Origin: Desulfohalobiaceae bacterium
GTDB taxonomy: Bacteria; Desulfobacterota; Desulfovibrionia; Desulfovibrionales; Desulfothermaceae
Length of the DNA: 20,125 nt
NCBI GenBank assembly: GCA_021737615.1
Contig: JAIPDR010000053.1
Coordinates: 1-20,125 of the forward strand
Direction: 5' to 3'
The first letter of the stretch is position 1, and each line of letters opens with the position of its first letter. Below are positions 6,697 to 12,880 of this stretch, piece by piece. The translations under genes were made by a program, and so were the position numbers. Under the pieces are notes generated by a model that saw only the letters and a program-made list of their open reading frames with translations, was not told the DNA's origin and made no database searches.

Positions 6697-7158
6697 CAGA
6701 TATCGCCTGACCTCGTCCACAAACGATCCGGTATCAATCGGTTTTTCAATATAGCCGTCACAGCCGGCCGCAAAGGTCTTTTCCCGATCGCCCTTCATGG
6801 CATAGGCGGTCATGGCCACTACAGGCATACGCTTCATTTTGGATTTTGGATCTTGGATTTTGGATTCTTCTTTATTCTGTAATCCGGATTCCAAATTCCG
6901 AATTCGCCTCGTGGCCTCATACCCGTCCAGTTTGGGCAACTGCATATCCATCAGAACCAAATCGGGCTTCTTTTGAATGGCCTTTTGCACGCCCTCCTCT
7001 CCATCCCTGGCCTCCAAGACTTCAAAGCCGGCAATTTCCAGTAGAAATCTGGCCAGATACAAGTTTTTCTCCTCATCCTCAACGATCAAGACCTTCTTAT
7101 TCTGCGGCGAAAAATCAGGATTATAGCCCTTGGTGTTCATCATGCTCCATCCTTTCAT
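6694..7158 (-). CDS. Single-domain CheY-like response regulator carrying a repeat-derived in-frame loop insertion
   Basis: VLIVEDEEKN...DLVLMDMQLPKLDGYEATRRIR...MPVVAMTAYAMKGDREKTFAAGCDGYIEKP is a complete receiver fold. The loop SGLQNKEESKIQDPKSKMKR is encoded by heptamer-repeat DNA at 6835-6880. Confidence 0.85.
   Translation of the reverse strand: MKGWSMMNTKGYNPDFSPQNKKVLIVEDEEKNLYLARFLLEIAGFEVLEARDGEEGVQKAIQKKPDLVLMDMQLPKLDGYEATRRIRNLESGLQNKEESKIQDPKSKMKRMPVVAMTAYAMKGDREKTFAAGCDGYIEKPIDTGSFVDEVRRYL
6835..6867 (-). repeat. Heptamer array inside the receiver CDS (cattttggattttggatcttggattttggattc)
   Basis: Same unit as the intergenic arrays. Translated in frame as ESKIQDPKSKMK. Confidence 0.85.
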
Positions 7159-7222
7159 TTTCTTGACTTTATCAACAAATATTAAACAGAATCCCGATTA
7201 TTTTCTCATAATAGTTATTTCC

Positions 7223-7238
7223 GTAAGTGCCTAAAATT
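7223..7238 (+). repeat. GAAGTG/CTAAAGT box repeat (gtaagtgcctaaaatt)
   Basis: Inverted relative to 7296-7339. Confidence 0.6.
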
Positions 7239-7295
7239 AAGCGTTCTGTGTTTCATCGTTTCCCTATTGTCAATGTCTTCCTCTTCCAATTCTGC

Positions 7296-7339
7296 CAACT
7301 TTAGACACTTTCGTTCACTTACAAACTTGAGTCACTTCG
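7296..7339 (-). repeat. GAAGTG/CTAAAGT box repeat (caactttagacactttcgttcacttacaaacttgagtcacttcg)
   Basis: Overlaps the last codons and the stop of the 7319-9454 CDS. Confidence 0.75.
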
Positions 7340-9454
7340 TCTCCCTCCTTCTCCCAAAGCCTTTTTGATATCCCGCAACAGATCTTCCCGGCTGGATTGC
7401 TGCTTCTGGATGATATTCTCGATCTTGCTGTTGAGCCAGGCCACTTCTTCCTGGGTCAACTTTTTACCGGAAACAATAATAATCGGGATATGCTTGGTGG
7501 GTTCTTCCTGTTTCAACCTGCCGATGACCTCAAAGCCGTCCACCTCCGGCATCATCAAGTCCAGGATGATCAGATCCGGGGCCTGCTCCGAGACCCTGTC
7601 CAGCCCCTCCTGCCCGCCATAGGCCTTTCTGACCCTGTAGCCGTTGATCTCTTCCAGGTATCTGGACAAGAGCTCCACGGCCCGGGCATCATCGTCCACG
7701 ATCAGGATATCGAAGATAGGCCGCATTTTCTTGAGCCGATCCAGCTCCCGGGTCAACCGGTCCTTGTCGATCGGTTTGACCAGGTATTCCACGGCTCCGA
7801 GGGAGAGGCCCAGCTCCCGGTTGTCCAGGATGGAGATGCAGATAACCGGAATGTTTTCGGTTTCAGGATCGTTTTTGAGTTCTTCCAGGATGTCCCAGCC
7901 ATCCCGGCCGGGCATGACGATATCCAGGGTCACGGCGAAGGGTTTGAATTTCCGGGCCAGCTGCAGGGCCTCCAGACCGTTGTAGGCCTGGATGACTTCA
8001 TAACCTTCGGCCTGGAGGTAGGTTGTAAGGATCTCCTGGGCCTCCAGCTCGTCGTCGATGGTCAGGATCAATTTCCTGGTCTGATCCAGGGTTTCAGGAG
8101 AGACAGCAGGCGGCCTGGCAGCCGGACCGGCCTCCTGGACGGGAATGTTGAAAAAAAAGCAGGAGCCCTGGCCATATTCGCTGTTCACCCCAATGGACCC
8201 GCCCATCATCTCCACCATTTTCTTGCAGATGGCCAGGCCCAGTCCTGTGCCCCCGGGTTTTTCCTTAAGCGGACCGTCGATCTGCTTGAATTCGTCAAAG
8301 ACCTCCTCCAGGTGCTCGGGCCGGATGCCCAGACCGGTGTCGGACACGCTGAAGCGGATCAGGGCCGGGCCGGCCGGTTCCACCCTCAGCTCTATCCGGC
8401 CGGAGCTGGTAAATTTTACGGCGTTGGACAGCATGTTGATCAAGACCTGCTTGATGCGGTTCTTGTCATTGTACAAGCCGGAGGGGACACCATCGGCTAC
8501 ATTCACAAAAAAATTTAAACCCTTATCCTGAACCAGGGGAGAGAACATGCCCTGGACCGTGTCAACAAGGCTTTGGACATCGAATTCAGCAGGCTGGATC
8601 TCGATCTTGCCGGCCTCGATCTTGGACAGGTCCAGGACGTCGTTGATCAGGCCCAAGAGGTGCTGGGCGCTGCCGTAGACCATGTTCAGCTGTTTTTTTT
8701 GTTCCGCATTGAGCTCGCCCGCCAATCCCTCGAGGATGATGCCGCTGAAGCCGATTATGGAGTTCAGGGGCGAGCGCAGTTCGTGGCTCATATTGGCCAT
8801 AAACTGGGACTTGAGCCGGCCGGCCTCTTCCAGGCGCTGGTTGGCCTTTTCCAGCTCCTGTTTCTTTTCCTTGAGTTCCGTGTTGACCCGGGTCAACTCT
8901 TCCTGACCGGCCCGCAGTTCATCCAGGGCCTGCAACAGGTCCTGGTTTTGCTGCTGGACTTCTGCAAACGCGGACCTGGGTCCCCCGGCTGCCAGCCCGG
9001 AGGTGAGGCGCTGGATATCTGCAGGGCCCCAAGGTTCCCGGCCCTCGGGAAGGGCCTTTCCCATGAGCACGCGGGTGCCCTGGCCCGGCCTGGAATCGAT
9101 CTCAAAATGGTCCATGAGCCGCCTGGCCCCGGCAAGGCCGATGCCCAGCCCGCTTTTGGAGGCATAGCCTTGCTTTAAGACGGCCTCCAGATCGGCAATC
9201 CCGGGGCCTTGGTCCTCGAAAGACATGCACAGCATCTGCGGCGAGGCCTCCAGGTCCAACTGGAAATCCAGCTTGCCGTCCCCGGCGTACTGGTAAACAT
9301 TGCGGGCCAGCTCGGACACAGCCGTGGTGATCCGGGTCTGATCCTGGGAGGTAAAGCCGATCAATCCGGCGATCTCCCTGGAGCGCTGCCTGGACAGAAT
9401 CACGTCGTCCTCGAAACGGATCTGAATGCTGAGGATCTTTGTTGGCATCTTCAT
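7319..9454 (-). CDS. Hybrid histidine kinase: N-terminal RsbT/RsbW-like GHKL domain - coiled coil - HisKA - HATPase_c - REC - REC
   Basis: From MKMPTKILSIQIRFEDDVILSRQRSREIAG...TAVSELARNVYQYAG...GLGIGLAGARRLMDHFEIDSRPGQGTRVLM (anti-sigma-kinase-like). Then the H-box SHELRSPLNSI, DTGLGI and GTGLGLAI, and two receivers (DIVMPGRDG, DLMMPEVDG). The start is taken as ATG 9452-9454 (or 9446-9448). The 36 codons upstream in the track ORF translate the heptamer array. Confidence 0.9.
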   Translation of the reverse strand: MKMPTKILSIQIRFEDDVILSRQRSREIAGLIGFTSQDQTRITTAVSELARNVYQYAGDGKLDFQLDLEASPQMLCMSFEDQGPGIADLEAVLKQGYASKSGLGIGLAGARRLMDHFEIDSRPGQGTRVLMGKALPEGREPWGPADIQRLTSGLAAGGPRSAFAEVQQQNQDLLQALDELRAGQEELTRVNTELKEKKQELEKANQRLEEAGRLKSQFMANMSHELRSPLNSIIGFSGIILEGLAGELNAEQKKQLNMVYGSAQHLLGLINDVLDLSKIEAGKIEIQPAEFDVQSLVDTVQGMFSPLVQDKGLNFFVNVADGVPSGLYNDKNRIKQVLINMLSNAVKFTSSGRIELRVEPAGPALIRFSVSDTGLGIRPEHLEEVFDEFKQIDGPLKEKPGGTGLGLAICKKMVEMMGGSIGVNSEYGQGSCFFFNIPVQEAGPAARPPAVSPETLDQTRKLILTIDDELEAQEILTTYLQAEGYEVIQAYNGLEALQLARKFKPFAVTLDIVMPGRDGWDILEELKNDPETENIPVICISILDNRELGLSLGAVEYLVKPIDKDRLTRELDRLKKMRPIFDILIVDDDARAVELLSRYLEEINGYRVRKAYGGQEGLDRVSEQAPDLIILDLMMPEVDGFEVIGRLKQEEPTKHIPIIIVSGKKLTQEEVAWLNSKIENIIQKQQSSREDLLRDIKKALGEGGRRSDSSL

Positions 9455-9540
9455 ATTGCGGATCTTCCGATTTTTGATTTTGGATCTCCACATTTTGGAT
9501 TTTGGATTGCGGAATGCTGATTGCGGATTTTCCGATTTTT
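9455..9540 (-). repeat. Heptamer array (attgcggatcttccgatttttgattttggatctccacattttggattttggattgcggaatgctgattgcggattttccgattttt)
   Basis: Longest array in the window. It starts 1 nt upstream of the start codon at 9454. Confidence 0.9.
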
Positions 9541-9559
9541 CCCGCTTTATGTCGCTTCC

Positions 9560-9578
9560 CAACTTTAGTCACTTCTTC
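9560..9578 (-). repeat. GAAGTG/CTAAAGT box repeat (caactttagtcacttcttc)
   Basis: Lies in the 9455-9700 intergenic region next to the heptamer array. Confidence 0.7.
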
Positions 9579-9658
9579 GCTCTGCAATATTCACTATAGG
9601 CTTTAAGAAAAAGTTTTTGGATTTATGCCAGATAACCAACTCTTATTCTTTGTCTTAA

Positions 9659-9692
9659 CAATCGAAAATCCAAAATCCAAAATCTAAAATTC
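9659..9692 (+). repeat. Heptamer array (caatcgaaaatccaaaatccaaaatctaaaattc)
   Basis: Period-7 repeat, 8 nt from stop TAG 9701-9703. Inverted relative to 9455-9540. Confidence 0.9.
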
Positions 9693-9700
9693 TATAGTCA

Positions 9701-10750
9701 CTATTCAATCACCCGCCCCACCACCACGGTCAGATCATCGTCCCGTTGGTAGTCGCGGTACAGAACGCCGGCGATCAGCGCAGGGTGCCTGGTCACGAGT
9801 CCGGGGTAAGGGTCCAGACTCCAGCCTGTCTTCAAGCCATCGGAATGCATGACCAGCAAGGGAGGGGAGCCGCCTTCTCTCTCCGGCCAGGGAGTGACGT
9901 AGACCCGGCTGAGCTCCTGGCGGCGCCCCACAATTCCATACCGGGAGACCAGGTGCCGGTTCTGGCTTCCGGAGAGGAGGCAGGCGGAGATGTTTCCCAA
10001 CCCGACAAAACGGACTTCCCGCTTCTGCCTGTCCATTTCCGCAACTGCAGCGGCCGCTCCCCGGGTGCCCCGCAGCCCTGCCTGCATACGCTGCATCATG
10101 TCCTGCAGGTCCAGGCCCGGGTTGGCCTGAAAAATTCGTCTGAGCTCCAGAGAGGCCTCGGCCGCTCCAGGACCATGCCCCAGTCCGTCCGCCACCAAAA
10201 CGGCCCAGCCGTTGGGGCGAGGCTGGAGGGCCCAGTTGTCCCCGCAGACGCTCTGGCCCGGCTTGGGCAGGCAGATCCCGGCCACCTCGAACCCGGGGGC
10301 TGAAGGCTTGGCCAGACCGCCTTTCGGCCGGAGGCAGGCCATGAGCACGGTCCCCTGGTCCGGGAGGGAATGGATATCAAACTGGGAACTCAAACGGCGC
10401 ATGGCCCCGAGACCGGTTCCCGGGCTGCCTGTGCTGGAAAAGCCGTCCTGGAGACATTGTCCCACATTCTGCATCCCCGGTCCCTTGTCAATAGCCACGA
10501 TCCGCAGGCCGGACATTTGGCCCAGCTGGACCGTATCCAGGAGCAGCTCCCCGGACCGGGCGTGTTTGAGCAGGTTGGTCCCGGCCTCGGTGACCACGAT
10601 GGCTGTTTTGCCGGTTTGATCCTCACTGAAGCCCAGCTTGCGGGCCAGGTTCACGGCCTTCCGCCGCACTTCGGCGATCCGGCTTTGCTCGGTAACGGAA
10701 AAGGCCAGGCTGCAGCCCGGGCTTTCCTGAGGTATTGAATATGGTCTCAT
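9701..10750 (-). CDS. RsbT-like ATP-binding domain fused to a PP2C/SpoIIE-family serine phosphatase (RsbX/RsbU-like)
   Basis: The N-terminal half has VVTEAGTNLLKHA...IDKGPGM...GTGLGAMRRLSSQFDIHSLPDQGTVLMA. The C-terminal half has VCGDNWA...VLVADGLGHGPGAAEAS...VMHSDGL (PP2C metal-binding motifs). ATG 10748-10750 overlaps the rsbT stop as ATGA, which suggests translational coupling. Confidence 0.9.
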   Translation of the reverse strand: MRPYSIPQESPGCSLAFSVTEQSRIAEVRRKAVNLARKLGFSEDQTGKTAIVVTEAGTNLLKHARSGELLLDTVQLGQMSGLRIVAIDKGPGMQNVGQCLQDGFSSTGSPGTGLGAMRRLSSQFDIHSLPDQGTVLMACLRPKGGLAKPSAPGFEVAGICLPKPGQSVCGDNWALQPRPNGWAVLVADGLGHGPGAAEASLELRRIFQANPGLDLQDMMQRMQAGLRGTRGAAAAVAEMDRQKREVRFVGLGNISACLLSGSQNRHLVSRYGIVGRRQELSRVYVTPWPEREGGSPPLLVMHSDGLKTGWSLDPYPGLVTRHPALIAGVLYRDYQRDDDLTVVVGRVIE

Positions 10751-11157
10751 TTCCACATGATCATGCATACCCGGGTCCCTTGTCCTGCTTGGGATTCTAT
10801 CCAAAATTCATCCACCAGCCTTTTGCTGCCGGGCAGGCCCAGACCCAGGCCCTTGTTCGTGCTGTACCCTTTTTGCATGGCCAGCTGCACATCCTTCAGA
10901 CCCGGCCCTGTATCCGTAAATATCAGGCGCAGACCGAAACGGACTGCATTGTCCACGGCCTCCAGGAGCGCCTTCCCCTCCCGGCCGTATCGAGCCGTAT
11001 TGCGGGCGATCTCACTGGCCGCCGTGACCAGCTTGGTCTGCAGGATCAACGAAAACCCGAACTCCTTTGCCCATTCGCGGACGACCCGCCTGACCCGGGC
11101 CACATCCTGATCAGTGCGGACCGGCAAGGTTTCATGCTTCCGTACGGTCAGGGACAC
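10747..11157 (-). CDS. rsbT: RsbT-type switch serine kinase (stressosome output kinase)
   Basis: ...TLPVRTDQDVARVRRVVREWAKEFGFSLILQTKLVTAASEIARNTARYG...FTDTGPGL...GLGLGLPGSKRLVDEFWIESQAGQGTRVCM. The length and motifs fit RsbT. The start is inferred at GTG 11155-11157, overlapping the rsbS 3' end. ATG 11220 is a less likely alternative. Confidence 0.8.
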   Translation of the reverse strand: MSLTVRKHETLPVRTDQDVARVRRVVREWAKEFGFSLILQTKLVTAASEIARNTARYGREGKALLEAVDNAVRFGLRLIFTDTGPGLKDVQLAMQKGYSTNKGLGLGLPGSKRLVDEFWIESQAGQGTRVCMIMWK

Positions 11158-11533
11158 GGCCCTTCTCCCGGGAAGACGATCCCAGCCTCTTGGCAAGCAG
11201 GGCCATGCCTTTGTCCACATCCAGGGCGGTCCGGATGCCTTTGATGGCCAGGCCCAGCTCGACAATGGTGATGGCCACCTCCGGCTGCATACCCACCAGG
11301 ACCGTTTCCGCATCCAGAAGGCCGGCCGTGGCCGCCATGTCTCCCAGGGTGCGGCCCATGAAGGAATCGATCATCTGCAGGGCTGAGATGTCGATCAATA
11401 CCCCCCTGGCCCCGGTTTTTTGAATCTGCTCGGCCAGGTCATCCCGCAGGGCCAGGGCCAAGCGGTCGTGCAAGTCCACTTGAATGATCACCAAAAGAAA
11501 ATTCCCCCACTTGAGGATCGGAATCCGTTCCAT
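11132..11533 (-). CDS. rsbS: RsbS-type single STAS-domain protein (stressosome scaffold)
   Basis: MERIPILKWGNFLLVIIQVDLHDRLALALRDDLAEQIQKTGARGVLIDISALQMIDSFMGRTL... is a STAS fold with the phosphorylatable Ser context (DS). The start is ATG 11531-11533. The 31 upstream codons in the track ORF translate repeat DNA. Confidence 0.85.
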   Translation of the reverse strand: MERIPILKWGNFLLVIIQVDLHDRLALALRDDLAEQIQKTGARGVLIDISALQMIDSFMGRTLGDMAATAGLLDAETVLVGMQPEVAITIVELGLAIKGIRTALDVDKGMALLAKRLGSSSREKGRVPDRTEA

Positions 11534-11579
11534 GCTAGCGCCTTTCAGAAGAGGTTTTGATTGACTATTGATTATTTCA

Positions 11580-11650
11580 GCAATCGACAATCCAACATGT
11601 GAAGATCCAAAATCTCCAATCCGCAATCCAAAATCCGCAATCCAAAATCC
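11580..11650 (+). repeat. Heptamer array between rsbR and rsbS (gcaatcgacaatccaacatgtgaagatccaaaatctccaatccgcaatccaaaatccgcaatccaaaatcc)
   Basis: Period-7 repeat that abuts the rsbR stop TAG 11651-11653. Confidence 0.9.
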
Positions 11651-12520
11651 CTAGAATCTGCCCGGCTCCCCCTTGACCACATAACCGCTGCGTTCCAAGG
11701 CCAGGGCAAGCGCATCCGCCAGGGTGGCCTTGGTGGGAATTCCCCCCAGCTCCAGGCCCATGTCCACCATGGACTGGGCGATCATCGGCCGGATCCCGCT
11801 GATGATGCACTCGGCGCCCATGAGACCGGCCGCGGATACGGTCTTGATCAGATGCTGGGCCACCAGGGTGTCCACGGTGGGCACGCCGGTGATATCCATA
11901 ATGGCGATGGTGGATTTGGTTTCCACAATCATCTGCAAAAGGTTTTCCATGACCGTCTGGGTGCGGGCGCTGTCCAGGGTCCCGATCAGGGGGACCGCCA
12001 GGACCCCGTGCCAGAGCTGGACCACAGGCGTGGACAGCTCCATGATCTCCTCCTGCTGGCGCCGGATGACCTGTTCCCGGTGCTGAATAGAAGCTTCGGT
12101 GGTATACAGGCCCAGCTTGTCCAGCAGCCGGGTCGCGGTCCAGATTTCCTGCACCAGTTCCTCTGGATTCTCGGCCAGAAGGCTCTGGAGGAGGTACATC
12201 AGGGGCTGTTTAAAGGAAAAGATACAGGTGGCCACCTCCGAGGGGGTAAAGCCTTTTTCCCCCCGGGTGCGGGAGATCCTGGACAGCATGTCCCTGACTT
12301 CTTTCCAGGCTTCAGCGCTTGTATCAACGACTCCGCCCGCCTGCAGGGCCGAGCGGAAAAGACTGATAAATTCAGCAGCTTCTTCCCGCAGTGCGGTTTC
12401 ATCAATCAAATCCGGCCGCAAGACGCCGGAACTCAATTGTTCCCGGATCCAGTCCTTCAACAGCTCCTGTTCATACTTTTCAAGTATCTCCGGCAGGCGC
12501 GTTGTCTCTTGATCATTCAT
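11651..12520 (-). CDS. rsbR: RsbR-type stressosome sensor: RsbR N-terminal (globin-like) domain + STAS
   Basis: The N-terminus LPEILEKYEQELLKDWIREQL... is followed by ELSTPVVQLWHGVLAVPLIGTLDSARTQ...IMDITGVPTVDTLVAQHLIKT, the canonical RsbR STAS region. AGGAGG lies 8 nt upstream of the ATG at 12518-12520. Confidence 0.9.
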   Translation of the reverse strand: MNDQETTRLPEILEKYEQELLKDWIREQLSSGVLRPDLIDETALREEAAEFISLFRSALQAGGVVDTSAEAWKEVRDMLSRISRTRGEKGFTPSEVATCIFSFKQPLMYLLQSLLAENPEELVQEIWTATRLLDKLGLYTTEASIQHREQVIRRQQEEIMELSTPVVQLWHGVLAVPLIGTLDSARTQTVMENLLQMIVETKSTIAIMDITGVPTVDTLVAQHLIKTVSAAGLMGAECIISGIRPMIAQSMVDMGLELGGIPTKATLADALALALERSGYVVKGEPGRF

Positions 12521-12552
12521 CCTGAAACCTCCTGTTTTGAATTGAATATGGG

Positions 12553-12588
12553 GAAGAAGTGCCTAAAGTTTGAAAAAGTACCTGAAGG
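12553..12588 (+). repeat. GAAGTG/CTAAAGT box repeat (gaagaagtgcctaaagtttgaaaaagtacctgaagg)
   Basis: About 30 nt upstream of the rsbR start. Inverted relative to 12851-12880. Confidence 0.75.
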
Positions 12589-12628
12589 AATTGGCTATCG
12601 AATAAATCCACAAGTCACTCTCTCCGAT

Positions 12629-12665
12629 CTGTAGGCTCTACGAGTAGGAAGCCGTCCATTAAGCC
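12629..12665 (+). repeat. CTGTAGGCTCTAC box (ctgtaggctctacgagtaggaagccgtccattaagcc)
   Basis: See 5064-5100. A looser copy, ctgtaaaccctacggg, follows at 12706-12721. Confidence 0.6.
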
Positions 12666-12832
12666 TTACTCTCTGACCCGTAGACTCCCGGGTCTACCCT
12701 CCAGCCTGTAAACCCTACGGGCTGTAAGCGGAACCGGGAGCCCTGTCTAAGCCAAGATTTTCTATATATTCCATCTCCGTTGCATACATTTTGATCTTTT
12801 GTCAAACTCAGGTCGTCCTCCGTCGATATCTT

Positions 12833-12847
12833 GAAAATCGAAAATCC
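12833..12847 (+). repeat. Short heptamer array (gaaaatcgaaaatcc)
   Basis: Two units, 6 nt from stop TGA 12854-12856. Confidence 0.6.
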
Positions 12848-12850
12848 TAT

Positions 12851-12880
12851 AGTTCACTTATCGACTTGAGGCGCTTCTTC
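12851..12880 (-). repeat. GAAGTG/CTAAAGT box repeat (agttcacttatcgacttgaggcgcttcttc)
   Basis: Overlaps the last 8 codons and the stop of the 12854-14020 CDS. Confidence 0.75.

Noticed and set aside
7397-8518. 373-aa plus-strand ORF, plus similar ones at 16019-17038, 12944-13948, 11852-12634, 17291-18133, 4339-5088 and 5835-6413
   Set aside because: All are antisense shadows of well-supported minus-strand signalling genes. They have no motifs, and their paralogous similarity simply mirrors the duplicated minus-strand modules.
9455-9562. 36-codon N-terminal extension of the hybrid kinase ORF (MGSDIKREKSENPQSAFRNPKSKMWRSKIKNRKIRN)
   Set aside because: It is encoded entirely by the heptamer array and a box repeat. 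The recognisable domain begins right after MKMPTK, so I place the start at 9454.
9619-9631. Sigma54-like TGGCAT on the minus strand (ctggcataaatcc) upstream of the hybrid kinase; a similar TGGCAG near 7285-7297
   Set aside because: The required GC element (TTGC) is absent at the -12 spacing in both cases, so neither is a credible -24/-12 promoter.
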